Position numbers and translations under genes: made by a program. From Candidatus Poribacteria bacterium (lineage in GTDB: Bacteria > Poribacteria > WGA-4E > PCPOR2b): 64,000 nucleotides of DNA. The notes beneath the pieces were generated by a model. The model ran no database searches. It saw nothing but the letters and a program-made list of their open reading frames with translations, and was not told the origin of the DNA. This document shows, in pieces, positions 9,957 to 19,664 of the stretch. Each line of letters begins with the position of its first letter. Within the stretch, counting starts at the first letter, position 1. The DNA lies in the NCBI GenBank assembly GCA_965220385.1, contig OZ244825.1, forward strand, positions 42,429-106,428, given 5' to 3'.

Positions 9957-11081
9957 ATGCGAATAGATCGTATCAATGTTTATTACGTCAGTCTGCCCCT
10001 GATTTATCCTTGGCGCACCGCTTACGGCGAAGATCACGCGGTCGATTCGGTCTTGGTCCGGTTGGAATCGGGCGGGTGTGAAGGTTGGGGCGAGACGACG
10101 CCACTGAAAGCGCCCGCCTACTCGCCTGAATCCACAATGTCGGCATATCACACAATAACCGAGTTTATCGCACCGCTGTTGGTGGGGAAAACGTTTGATA
10201 CGGCAGATGAGCTACTTGCTTCGTGCAAGTGGATCAAAGGAAACCCATTTGCTAAAGCAGGTTCCGAGGTTGCTTGGTGGGTACTCAAAGCAAATGTGGA
10301 AGGTGTGCCGCTACACCAATTGCTGGGCGGCAGCTTTAGGAAGGTAGATGCCGGCGCTGATTTTGGGGTGCAGGATTCGATAGATATGCTATTGGAGAAG
10401 ATTCAGGGTGCCGTTGACGACGGCTTCAAGCGGGTGAAGCTGAAGGTGCGACCCGGATGGGATCTGGAGATGTTGCAAGCGGTCCGTGCAGCTTTCCCGG
10501 ATCAGACGTTCCACATCGACTGTAATTCAGGATATACGCTGGACGATCTCGATTTCTTTAAGAAGATTGATCAGCTGGGATTAGCGATGATTGAGCAGCC
10601 ACTGTACCACTACGACCTATTAGAACACGCCGAATTGCAGCGGCAGATCGAGACACCGGTCTGTCTGGATGAGTCGATTACATCTGTACACGCCTTTGAA
10701 TGGGCGTTAAAGCTGAAATCGTGTCAGATCCTTAATCTCAAAACAGGACGTGTCGGAGGACTTTCCGTCGCAGTAAAGCTACACAACATGGCACGCGATG
10801 CCGGTATCCCGTGCTGGGTCGGTAGCATGTTAGAGAGCGGCATCGGGGCCGGTGTCCTGGTTGAGCTCGCAACTTTGGACAACTTCACCTATCCGGGCGA
10901 TCTGTTCCCCAGTAATTTCTTTTATCGACAAGATCTAACGGAAACGGAATTGGTTCTGAACGATGATTGCACATTCACGCCGTCGCAGTCCGCTGGAACA
11001 GGATATCAGCCGGTTTTGGAACGCGTTGAAGAGGCTGCGCGATTTAGTCAGACATTTTTGCCGGAATCGTGCCGTTCATGA
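9957..11081 (+). CDS. menC: o-succinylbenzoate synthase / N-acylamino acid racemase subfamily enzyme
   Basis: RVKLKV, IDCN, IEQP, CLDES, WVGSMLESGIG, FTYPGD: Firmicutes/Amycolatopsis-type OSBS/NAAAR signature; RBS GAGAGG before ATG 9957. Confidence 0.75.
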   Translation: MRIDRINVYYVSLPLIYPWRTAYGEDHAVDSVLVRLESGGCEGWGETTPLKAPAYSPESTMSAYHTITEFIAPLLVGKTFDTADELLASCKWIKGNPFAKAGSEVAWWVLKANVEGVPLHQLLGGSFRKVDAGADFGVQDSIDMLLEKIQGAVDDGFKRVKLKVRPGWDLEMLQAVRAAFPDQTFHIDCNSGYTLDDLDFFKKIDQLGLAMIEQPLYHYDLLEHAELQRQIETPVCLDESITSVHAFEWALKLKSCQILNLKTGRVGGLSVAVKLHNMARDAGIPCWVGSMLESGIGAGVLVELATLDNFTYPGDLFPSNFFYRQDLTETELVLNDDCTFTPSQSAGTGYQPVLERVEEAARFSQTFLPESCRS

Positions 11082-11188
11082 AATGATGGTATTCCAGCCG
11101 AAAACCGATTCCAAATGATTGTACACGGACGCACTGATGTCGCTGGCTGCTCTGATCGCTAAGCGATGGTTCGGGGCGGAAATTTCGC

Positions 11189-11217
11189 TTGACAACCCCC
11201 TATCAGATGGGTATAAT
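11189..11217 (+). promoter_or_regulatory. Consensus sigma70 promoter of tRNA-Leu
   Basis: TTGACA (11189-11194), 17-bp spacer, TATAAT (11212-11217), 14 nt upstream of the tRNA. Confidence 0.9.
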
Positions 11218-11231
11218 TAGGTTGTTTAGTC

Positions 11232-11314
11232 GCCCCTGTGGTGGAATTGGTATACACGGCAGGTTGAGGGCCTGTGCCTTAATTGGCATGCTGGTTCGAG
11301 TCCAGTCGGGGGCA
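11232..11314 (+). tRNA. tRNA-Leu (anticodon GAG)
   Basis: Acceptor GCCCCTG/CGGGGGC, D arm TGGTGGAATTGGTATACAC, anticodon arm GCAGG-TTGAGGG-CCTGT, long variable arm, T loop GGTTCGAGTCC, discriminator A; CCA not encoded (TCA follows). Confidence 0.95.
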
Positions 11315-11356
11315 TCACGAATTCGGGTAGTAGTGGTAACTGCTATGATAGGATGT

Positions 11357-11399
11357 AAGGGGTAGGGATGGTGCTGTAGCCGTTCCCACCCCTTTTTTC
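11357..11399 (+). terminator. Rho-independent terminator after tRNA-Leu
   Basis: Stem GGGGTAGGGATGG / CCGTTCCCACCCC followed by a T6 tract. Confidence 0.7.
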
Positions 11400-11621
11400 T
11401 GTCTGGAATCGACAAACAATCTGTGAAAACAGTGTCAAGTCGATTGCTCTCGAATCTGCTTGGTTCTAACTACATCAGGACTTAAGGATTTCTATAATCG
11501 GAACCTTGAAAGCCTATTAAAGCCGATCCTCCCGGTTTTGAAGGTTCTAAAAAATGAAGTTGCAAAACCGGTCTTAATTGAGTATTATACTTACTGCTTT
11601 ACTTTGAATTAACTATATACA

Positions 11622-11786
11622 AACCTAAGTTGCTAGTTATGGAAAATATTGTAAAACGGGAGAATGGGAACTAAATAAAGCCCATTACCCGCTCGCAGTG
11701 GATTGACAAATCCACTGCCCGCCTACAAAGATGGCTTGGATATGTCTATCCAAGCCGAGCAAGTTGGACAACTAGCAACTTGCGTT
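11622..11786. mobile_element. MITE copy 1 (165 bp, 17-bp terminal inverted repeats)
   Basis: Left AACCTAAGTTGCTAGTT, right AACTAGCAACTTGCGTT; TA-rich flanks; internal hairpins; close second copy at 39660-39866. Confidence 0.85.
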
Positions 11787-11809
11787 ATATACAAACAGGA
11801 GAGATTTCC

Positions 11810-13786
11810 ATGATTGTTTTTCTACGGGAGAAATTTATCGCGCAGATTTTCTTGATTGTTGTTGGTATCGCTTTTCTGGTCGGTTCGTTTCTACTATTCG
11901 ATATTGTTGGTGGGGGCGGTGCATTGGGCGGAGGTAGAGAGGACCCGGTCGCTTTTGAGATCAACGGCGTCAAAATATACCAACGCGAATTTGAAAACCT
12001 TGTCTCCGGCGAAATGACCCGGCAACAGCAACAGAGTCAAAGCCGTTCTCAGATCGAGCGCGAGGAGATTGAGCAACAGATGCTTGACCTGCTCGTGAGT
12101 CGTCAGGTCCTGCTCGGCAGCGTCCAGATTAGTAATGCAGAGGTCGAGCAATATATCCGTAGCGATGACGACCTACTCACTAACTATAATACGATTCAGC
12201 AGAGCGGCAATGGGGATGGTTTTCGTGAATATGTCCGTTCCCTCTTGGTTAATCAGGTTCTACTAAACCAGATCCAGGGACTTGAATTGGTCACAGATAC
12301 AGAGGTAGAAAATGAATACCGTCGCCAAAACACAAAAGCCAAACTGAAGTACATTGAATTTCGGCACTTTGGGTACAGTGGAGCAGCAACCGTGGACGAC
12401 GCGGAAGCGCAAGCTTATTTTGATGCGAACAGAGAGAAGTATGAAAAAGGCGAAGCGATCGATCTAAGGTTCATCAAGCTCGATCCGAAAAGTTTCATTA
12501 CAGGCGAGGACCTGCAAGCCTACTATAATGAACATAAGCATGAGTTCAAGACGCCAGAAGTGGTAAAAGCGCGCCACATCTTGAAGAGGTTTCCGGATAA
12601 CGCAACCGACGAGCAGAAGGCAGAGGTCAAGGCGGAAGCGGAGAAATTGCTTGAGACGGTCAAGGCTGCGATTGCCGAGGGAGAGGATTTTGCTGAGCTT
12701 GCGAAGCAACATTCGGAGGATACCGGTTCAGCGCCACGAGGCGGGGCATTGCGCGGAAACAATCCAGACCTGCCGGAGGGAGACTATTTCGCACGCGGTG
12801 ACATGGTCCAACCTTTCGAGAAAGCGGCATTTGATGAGCTTGCCCCCGGTGAGGTGAGCGATCTGGTTGAATCCAGATTCGGATATCACATCGTCAAGTT
12901 GGAAGAGAAGCGACCCGAAGAAGTTCAGCCCTTTGCCCAAGCAAGAAGCGACATCAACGATAAGTTAACTCAGATTGTGGGTGCAGAACAGGCGAAGGAA
13001 GTTGCGGAGAATCTCCTATTTGATGTTGAGATCCACGATTATGAAGAAGCAATCCAACTGGACAGATATAAAGATCTATTGCTTGCAGTTCAGGACACAG
13101 GATTCTTTACGATAGACGACAATAACATCCCCGAAATTGGAAGAAAATGGACATACCAAGATGTAATTGATCAAGCCTTCGACATGGAAGTGAATGTCAG
13201 TGCGATCACTCCAAATAAGAACTCGAATGGCGATATTGACGCCTATTTTGTGGTGAAAGTTCTTGAGAAAAAACACGCCACAGTCCCTGAATTTGAAACG
13301 GTCAAGGCGCAAGTGGTTGAAGATGTTAAAGCGGAAAAAGCAAAGCAACTTGCCTTAGAAGATGCCCAGAAACTGACAGCATTGCGGTCCGCTGATGAAT
13401 CGCTTGAGGATCTGGTGAACAGGTATGAGGCGCCTGAGGGAGTTACCAATAAAGAGCTGGAAGTTAAGGACAGTCAACTATTTGCACTCTCTCCGACTGG
13501 CGGATTTATCCCAGGGGTAGGGACGTCCCGAGATGCCATGTTTGCCACTTTTGGATTGGAGTTAAATGAGGTGGCAGGTGCGCTCCAGGGGGACAATGCC
13601 GCTTATATCATCCAGTTGATTGAGCGCGAAGAACCAGATATGGAGAAGTTTAAGAATGACCCGGCAGAGCGTGCCAAGGTTCATAAAACGCTACTACAGG
13701 CGAAACAGAGTGATATTTACAGAAATTGGTTGGCTACCTTGAAGAAGGGTGCCCAGATTGTAGATAAACGTTCTGGGAGCAGTTAG
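11810..13786 (+). CDS. PpiD/SurA-type parvulin peptidyl-prolyl isomerase (membrane-anchored foldase)
   Basis: N-terminal TM helix, SurA_N-like domain, parvulin motifs VKARHIL, FAELAKQHSED, MVQPFEKAAF, ESRFGYHIVK. Confidence 0.88.
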   Translation: MIVFLREKFIAQIFLIVVGIAFLVGSFLLFDIVGGGGALGGGREDPVAFEINGVKIYQREFENLVSGEMTRQQQQSQSRSQIEREEIEQQMLDLLVSRQVLLGSVQISNAEVEQYIRSDDDLLTNYNTIQQSGNGDGFREYVRSLLVNQVLLNQIQGLELVTDTEVENEYRRQNTKAKLKYIEFRHFGYSGAATVDDAEAQAYFDANREKYEKGEAIDLRFIKLDPKSFITGEDLQAYYNEHKHEFKTPEVVKARHILKRFPDNATDEQKAEVKAEAEKLLETVKAAIAEGEDFAELAKQHSEDTGSAPRGGALRGNNPDLPEGDYFARGDMVQPFEKAAFDELAPGEVSDLVESRFGYHIVKLEEKRPEEVQPFAQARSDINDKLTQIVGAEQAKEVAENLLFDVEIHDYEEAIQLDRYKDLLLAVQDTGFFTIDDNNIPEIGRKWTYQDVIDQAFDMEVNVSAITPNKNSNGDIDAYFVVKVLEKKHATVPEFETVKAQVVEDVKAEKAKQLALEDAQKLTALRSADESLEDLVNRYEAPEGVTNKELEVKDSQLFALSPTGGFIPGVGTSRDAMFATFGLELNEVAGALQGDNAAYIIQLIEREEPDMEKFKNDPAERAKVHKTLLQAKQSDIYRNWLATLKKGAQIVDKRSGSS

Positions 13787-13911
13787 AAGGGAACGGATAG
13801 ACACAGAGAGTCACATCCTTGAGTCAAAGCGACTTAAAGTACGGGTAGGACTTAAGAAGATAGCGTGGAAGTGTTAACCTCCTCGCATACCTCCTTAGTC
13901 CCTTAACTGTT

Positions 13912-15276
13912 TCAGTCCAACAGGCCGTCTGCCTTCATCCAGCCAATCGTCTGATCGAACGCCGCAATTGTCTGTTGCACATCTGCATCGCTATGTGCTA
14001 CCGTTGTCATCCCGCCATTTCCAGCGATGTCGATGCCGTTTAACATCATGCCACAACGCAGGTTCATTGTAAGTTCTGAGTTGCTGCCGCCTTTCAGTTG
14101 ACGATAGTCCCAATTGTAAGGATCGAAATCAGCCGCACGCACGCCCTCAATCCCGTGCCCGATAAGAAACTTTACCGCAGAAAACTCGCCGTAGACCGCC
14201 CAATCGAGCTTGTGTTGATCGATTACATCAACCAGTCCTTCCCGCAACATTTTCGCACTACGGTTGACCTTTTCATGCGGAATACCTGTCTTGACCTGCT
14301 TCAGCATTGCAATTCCAGCCGCAGCCGATAACGGATTGGCATTAAAGGTTCCGGGATGCGGCATCTTTTTCCCGCGTGAAGTCGATTTTGCGGCTTTAAT
14401 CGAGATGAAATCCAGCAAATCTTCTCTACCAGCAACCGCTCCGCCCGGCAGACCGCCGGCTAAGATCTTGGCGAGCGTCGTAAGGTCGGGCGTGATATCG
14501 TAATATACTTGGGCGCCGCCCGGAGAAACGCGAAAACCGGAGATCACCTCGTCGAAGATTAACAGGACGCCGTAATCTTGTGTGATCTGCCGTAACTGTC
14601 GGAGGAACTCGCCATTTGTTGGGATAGTGCCGAAGGCGCCGCCTGTCGGTTCCAAGATAACGCAGGCGATGTCCGGGTCGGATTTCAGATGTTCCTCAAC
14701 CGCGCCAATATCGTTAGGAGGGCAGATAATCGTTGTGTCAATTGTGCCTTCTGGTATACCCGGTACCGGCGTTTCGAAGGGTGGATTCACCCCTAAAATA
14801 ACGGAATCGTGCCAGCCGTGGAAGTGTCCTGCAAATTTCAGAAATTTATTTTTTTCCGTGTACATCCGTGACAGCCGAATCGCCATCAAGGTCGCTTCTG
14901 TGCCGGAATTGACGAATCGTATCCGTTCTGTGGAAGGGATCAGCTCCTTCACGAGGCTGCCCCACTCCACTTCAAGTGCATGACAGGCACCATAGTGTGT
15001 CCCAAGCGGCATCTGCTGCGTAACAGCTTCGACGATTTCAGGGGGGCTATGACCGAGTAGCAACGCTCCATGTCCTGACCAGTAATCGATCAACTGTATC
15101 CCGTCAATTGTCCACTTTTTTGATCCTTGTGCACGATCGATATAAATCGGAAACGGTTCTGTGTGCCGGTTATCATGCGTCACACCATCGGGAAAGACAT
15201 CGTTCGCAGGTTGCGCGAATTCTCTGTTCTTTGAAAAGGTTTTATGATATTTTTCTAAGATTGTGTTGGTTGACAC
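13912..15276 (-). CDS. Class III aminotransferase, glutamate-1-semialdehyde aminomutase-like
   Basis: RFVNSGTEAT, FAGHFHG, LLIFDEVISGFR, AKILAGGLPGG, GTFNANPLS. Confidence 0.88.
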   Translation of the reverse strand: MSTNTILEKYHKTFSKNREFAQPANDVFPDGVTHDNRHTEPFPIYIDRAQGSKKWTIDGIQLIDYWSGHGALLLGHSPPEIVEAVTQQMPLGTHYGACHALEVEWGSLVKELIPSTERIRFVNSGTEATLMAIRLSRMYTEKNKFLKFAGHFHGWHDSVILGVNPPFETPVPGIPEGTIDTTIICPPNDIGAVEEHLKSDPDIACVILEPTGGAFGTIPTNGEFLRQLRQITQDYGVLLIFDEVISGFRVSPGGAQVYYDITPDLTTLAKILAGGLPGGAVAGREDLLDFISIKAAKSTSRGKKMPHPGTFNANPLSAAAGIAMLKQVKTGIPHEKVNRSAKMLREGLVDVIDQHKLDWAVYGEFSAVKFLIGHGIEGVRAADFDPYNWDYRQLKGGSNSELTMNLRCGMMLNGIDIAGNGGMTTVAHSDADVQQTIAAFDQTIGWMKADGLLD

Positions 15277-15344
15277 CGTTTTTCTCCTTGTGGCTAATGG
15301 GAGGTGCCCTATATCCGTTCGGTGATAGGGCGTTCTATCTTTTG

Positions 15345-15827
15345 TTAATCTGTTTTAGGGTGAAGGAAGTCGTCTAAAATATGATAGTCGTGATCAAATG
15401 CCAATTCGGGCAGTGCGTCGAGGGCAAAGAGGCGCGCATCTAACGCCTCAGCACGACCCGCTGGAGTTCCCCCGATGACTCGTCCAATATAGATAATAAG
15501 AACAACCGTCCGACTCTCGTTGGAGTAGACCCCTAACAGTTTATCCAGTTCGACATTAACATCTGCCTCTTCTTTTGCCTCTCGCACGGCCGTCTCCGCT
15601 GGGGTGTCCCCAATGTCGACATACCCTGTCGGAAAGCTCCATAACCCCAATTTTGGCTCATTCCCTCGTTGTATCAACAACAATTTTTCATCCTTGAATG
15701 CGAGTACACCGGCGACAGGCTTTGGATCGCGATAAAAAACGAAATCGCACACCGTGCACGCCTGACGCACTTTTCCCTCAAGAATTCGCTCTTCGAGGGA
15801 ATTTGTGCATTTGGGGCAGAATTTCAT
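15345..15827 (-). CDS. Nudix hydrolase with N-terminal zinc ribbon
   Basis: MKFCPKC...CTVC zinc ribbon; Nudix box GYVDIGDTPAETAVREAKEEAD. Confidence 0.9.
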   Translation of the reverse strand: MKFCPKCTNSLEERILEGKVRQACTVCDFVFYRDPKPVAGVLAFKDEKLLLIQRGNEPKLGLWSFPTGYVDIGDTPAETAVREAKEEADVNVELDKLLGVYSNESRTVVLIIYIGRVIGGTPAGRAEALDARLFALDALPELAFDHDYHILDDFLHPKTD

Positions 15828-16519
15828 CCCTGATTTCGTCTGATTGGTCGTTTGGGATGCGTTTGTGGTGGTAGCGCTCACGGTTCGGCACGACTCCGAG
15901 CAGCCTGTTGGCCAAAAAAATAAAAAAGAACCTTGTGGCAATGGGCTAATGATACAATAAATGGATGGAGATGTCAATTATTGATTGTGGGAATCGTGTA
16001 TCCCTTGTCTAGGTTAACTTCTATGCCATAGTAGTCTCATTCCCAAAAAAGCTGAGTAGATTAACAAATGGATGTTACCCCATTGGGAAGACTAGAGCGT
16101 ATAGGTAGATATTCGTGGTCGGCGCAGGACGCTACGTTAATAAAATTTGCATTCGAAATGAGGAAAAAAATCAAATAGACTATTGATTTTTCGGGGTTGG
16201 AGTGAATGTCTTGAAACGCTTTTTACATAAGTTTCGTTGAACCTATCGTAGGGTAGTGGCTGTTAATTGCATTGATGGAGCAGAACTCATCACGATGAGT
16301 TTCGAATTTTTAGCCCTGTGGGCTCTAAAATAAACGATTTGTGCCATAATCCAGAAAATAACTTAAGAAAAAGACGAAAAAATATGGAATAATACGCTTG
16401 CGTTACTTTGCTATCTGTGCTATACTACCGCCATTCATACTATATGTAGTGCAATCATACTTCTATATTGTATATTGCAATCATACTTCGAATTCCGCAT
16501 GATATAAAGGGAGGATTCA

Positions 16520-17482
16520 TTGAAAGACACGTATACAATTTTGCTTATGTCATCTGGCCAAGACTCGGTACGTCAACTCTCGATTAGACGCTGGCTTGCA
16601 CTGTCCTTAGGTCTCTTTCTATGCTTGACGTTTGCTTTGATAATCAATTTTGCTGTTTCAGGGATGAAGCACAGCATCCGTTACAGAGCTGAATTACAAG
16701 GTGAAGTTGCAAGTAGAGAGGAACTTGAAAACGCAGTTAAACAGTATGAAGCAGAGAAGCAGAAGATTGAAAAAGATCTCCAAGATGTCCATAGAATGAG
16801 CGAGATGGTCCGTCGCGTTTTAGGTATTAGAGGACAAGGGCTTCTCGGACAAGGTGGTGGCGGTTTCAGTACTGAAGAAGAAAGTGAGCATGAATCAGCT
16901 GGTTCGGTGCTTGAAATGCAACCAACTCCAGCACCAATCCCCACTGATTTAGTAGGTTCCCTAGTAGATCAGGTTATACAGGTGAAAAGGGAGATTATAC
17001 CGATCTACGAACATGTAAAAGACAACAAGGATCTGGAACTTGCAAAGCCTTGGATTTTGCCACTTCTGGTGCCAACAGACGATGAAATCCCATCTTATTG
17101 GTTCTCTTCTGAGTTTGGGTACCGCTCACACCCGCTGACAGGAAAACCTCACTTTCATAACGGATTGGATATAGCAGCGCCTTGGGGGACACCAGTGATT
17201 GCTGCCGCTGAGGGCGTTATCACTGAAGTGACAAAAGATCCGTTTTTTGGCAATATGGTTGTAATAGAACATAGCGCCTCACAGATGAAGACGTTATACG
17301 GACATCTGAAAAATCACGCTGAGGGACTCCAGGTCGGCCAAGAGGTTAAGCGCGATGATATTATCGGTTATGTGGGAAATAGCGGTAGAAGCACTGGCAC
17401 CCATTTGCACTATGGTGTCTACTCCGAGGGTAAATGGCAAAATCCCAAAAACTACATTATTCTTAGTAATCCTCCGAACTAA
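16520..17482 (+). CDS. M23 family metallopeptidase (peptidoglycan endopeptidase) with TM anchor and coiled coil
   Basis: HNGLD (HxxxD), YGHL, STGTHLHY (HxH); TTG start with GGAGG RBS. Confidence 0.92.
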   Translation: MKDTYTILLMSSGQDSVRQLSIRRWLALSLGLFLCLTFALIINFAVSGMKHSIRYRAELQGEVASREELENAVKQYEAEKQKIEKDLQDVHRMSEMVRRVLGIRGQGLLGQGGGGFSTEEESEHESAGSVLEMQPTPAPIPTDLVGSLVDQVIQVKREIIPIYEHVKDNKDLELAKPWILPLLVPTDDEIPSYWFSSEFGYRSHPLTGKPHFHNGLDIAAPWGTPVIAAAEGVITEVTKDPFFGNMVVIEHSASQMKTLYGHLKNHAEGLQVGQEVKRDDIIGYVGNSGRSTGTHLHYGVYSEGKWQNPKNYIILSNPPN

Positions 17483-17720
17483 GCGCGCACGACTACTAAA
17501 CACCCAGCTATGACGGTAAGTGAGAGATTTGCTTAATTCACCAATCTGACAGATTTACGAATCAGGCGAATTGCCACACTCACTCTCACACTCCCCCCTC
17601 TCTATACTTCGACATTAGTCCCCAATTCATAACATTGATACCCCCCCAATTATGTGTAGATACTGAAGGAAAGTCGCTGGATTTACACTTTTTCTTCAAA
17701 TAGCGAGAAGGATAGGAAGA

Positions 17721-19130
17721 ATGAAAGAATGGAAAGGGGAGCAGAAGTATTGTCTCCTCATTTTCTCTTTTCTCCTTATGGCTCTGTGCTTCCACCGTCT
17801 CCCTGCCGAATGGATAGAAGATACTAGTCAAAATCTACCAGTTTGCACTGTGACGGAGGATCAACATTTTCCTGATCTAATTTCTGACAATCATGGCGGC
17901 GTCATTGTCGCATGGCGCGATGTTAGGAACGGCAATCGGGATGTGTTCGCACAACGGATCAGCACAAATGGCGAGATCCTGTGGGAAAACAGTGGCATTC
18001 CGATCTGCGTACAGCCCAGCGCGCAAAGCTGGCCCCTGCTCGTTCCCGATGCGGAGGAAGGGGTAATCCTTGTTTTTGGAGATTCTCGCCACCGTAACAG
18101 GGACATCTATGCCCAACGCATTGACGGAAATGGCAAGTTGCTTTGGGATGAGGATGGCGTTCCTGTCAGCATCGCTCCCTTCCTGAAAGAGGATGTCAAA
18201 GCGATTTCTGACGGTAAGGGTGGCGCGATTATTGTGTGGGAAGATTCCCGGCACGGCAATTTGGATATCTATGCGCAACGGATTGATGGCGATGGCAAAC
18301 CGGTTTGGCAACTTAACGGTGTGCCTGTCTATAAAGGAGAGGGCGATCAGTATGATCCGTTTTTGACGACAGACGATGCCGGCGGCGCAATCATCGCATG
18401 GTGGGATATCAGCACGCCGGACTGGAATGTTTTTGCACAACGGATGGGTGCTACGGGTGAACCAGTTTGGGAAGATGGGGGTGTTCCGGTATGCATAGCC
18501 CCCGGCAATCAGGGCGGTCCATTTGTTGTCGCCGATGGTTCGGGTGGTGCATTTATTGTCTGGTCAGACTACCGCAACGACCCGAATATTTTCAGCAGCG
18601 CAGATATCTACGCCCAACGTATTGATGCAAACGGACAGGCGCTCTGGGAAAAGGATGGGGTCAATTTCTGTAATGACCCGTCAAATCAACAGCAACCTGA
18701 AGGAATCAGCGATGGTGTAGGTGGACTGATTGTTACTTGGTGGGATGACCGTGACATTTTCGCCGACATCTACGCACAGCGAATCGCGCCCGATGGGGTG
18801 CCGATGTGGCAGGAGAACGGGACTCCTATCTGTGTGGCAGCGGGGGTGCAACGTGAACCGCACCTCGTTTCTGACGGCTCACAAGGTGCAATTATCTACT
18901 GGAAAGATTTTCGGGAGGACTATGGGAACGTTACCGCCGATGCAATCTATGCCCAACGGATTGATGGGAACGGAAAATCTATCTGGACATTCAACGGGCG
19001 GCCGGTATCTACAGCCGACGGTGATCAGATTGCGCCGCGTGCAATCCCGAACGGCAAGGGCGGGGCGTTTATAGTCTGGAGTGATTACCGGGGCAAAGAC
19101 GCTGATATATACATCCATCAAATTCCTTAA
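17721..19130 (+). CDS. Secreted beta-propeller-like repeat protein
   Basis: About 7 repeats of DGxGGAIIVWxDxR...DIYAQRIDxxGxxxWxxxGVPVC; hydrophobic N-terminus. Confidence 0.8.
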   Translation: MKEWKGEQKYCLLIFSFLLMALCFHRLPAEWIEDTSQNLPVCTVTEDQHFPDLISDNHGGVIVAWRDVRNGNRDVFAQRISTNGEILWENSGIPICVQPSAQSWPLLVPDAEEGVILVFGDSRHRNRDIYAQRIDGNGKLLWDEDGVPVSIAPFLKEDVKAISDGKGGAIIVWEDSRHGNLDIYAQRIDGDGKPVWQLNGVPVYKGEGDQYDPFLTTDDAGGAIIAWWDISTPDWNVFAQRMGATGEPVWEDGGVPVCIAPGNQGGPFVVADGSGGAFIVWSDYRNDPNIFSSADIYAQRIDANGQALWEKDGVNFCNDPSNQQQPEGISDGVGGLIVTWWDDRDIFADIYAQRIAPDGVPMWQENGTPICVAAGVQREPHLVSDGSQGAIIYWKDFREDYGNVTADAIYAQRIDGNGKSIWTFNGRPVSTADGDQIAPRAIPNGKGGAFIVWSDYRGKDADIYIHQIP

Positions 19131-19585
19131 GTACCCGCTTCGGATTTCGCCAACTGCTCAACCTCGCTGAAGAATTTGCCGATCATCATCTTAGATGCAC
19201 TTCCCATGACCCGCTGCCCCACGCGAGCAAGTCTTCCACCAACCGTTAAGTCTCCAACCAAACTGACCGATGTCTGATTCTCGCCGGCTTCTTCCAGCGT
19301 GAAGTCACACGTCCCGTTGACAAATCCAATCTTGCTTTCACCTTGGACACCTAAGCGGTAAGCCGAAGGGGGTTCTTTATTCTCTATCTGGACTGAGCCT
19401 TGATATACCCCTTTAATCATAGCAACGCCTACCTTGATTGTTGCCTCGAATTTATCGTCGCCAAGGGGCTTCAACGCTTCGCAGCCGGGGATACATTGCT
19501 GCAAAAGCTCAGGAGTCGTGAAATATTCCCAGACCCTTTCACGCGGGGCGGGAACTGTGTAATCGCCTTTGATTTGCACTGTCAA
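19127..19585 (-). CDS. CoxG-like SRPBCC protein (carbon monoxide dehydrogenase subunit G family)
   Basis: VPAPRERVW, PELLQQCIPGCE, VGGRLARVGQR motifs. Confidence 0.85.
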   Translation of the reverse strand: MTVQIKGDYTVPAPRERVWEYFTTPELLQQCIPGCEALKPLGDDKFEATIKVGVAMIKGVYQGSVQIENKEPPSAYRLGVQGESKIGFVNGTCDFTLEEAGENQTSVSLVGDLTVGGRLARVGQRVMGSASKMMIGKFFSEVEQLAKSEAGT

Positions 19586-19664
19586 AATTCCTTATGTTGT
19601 TATGTTAAGCCAAGTGTTCTTCAAATATAGCACCCGTGCTATCATCATAAATCTGTCTTTGCTG

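Noticed and set aside
11232-11800. tRNA-Leu as attachment site of an integrated island
   Set aside because: No integrase and no duplicated tRNA 3' end seen; the downstream gene is housekeeping
15980-16430. Riboswitch (e.g. c-di-AMP) upstream of the M23 peptidase
   Set aside because: Only short hairpins are present and I could not match conserved riboswitch motifs; an Infernal/Rfam scan would settle it
19127-19585. CO dehydrogenase locus
   Set aside because: The coxG-like gene is isolated, with no coxLMS nearby
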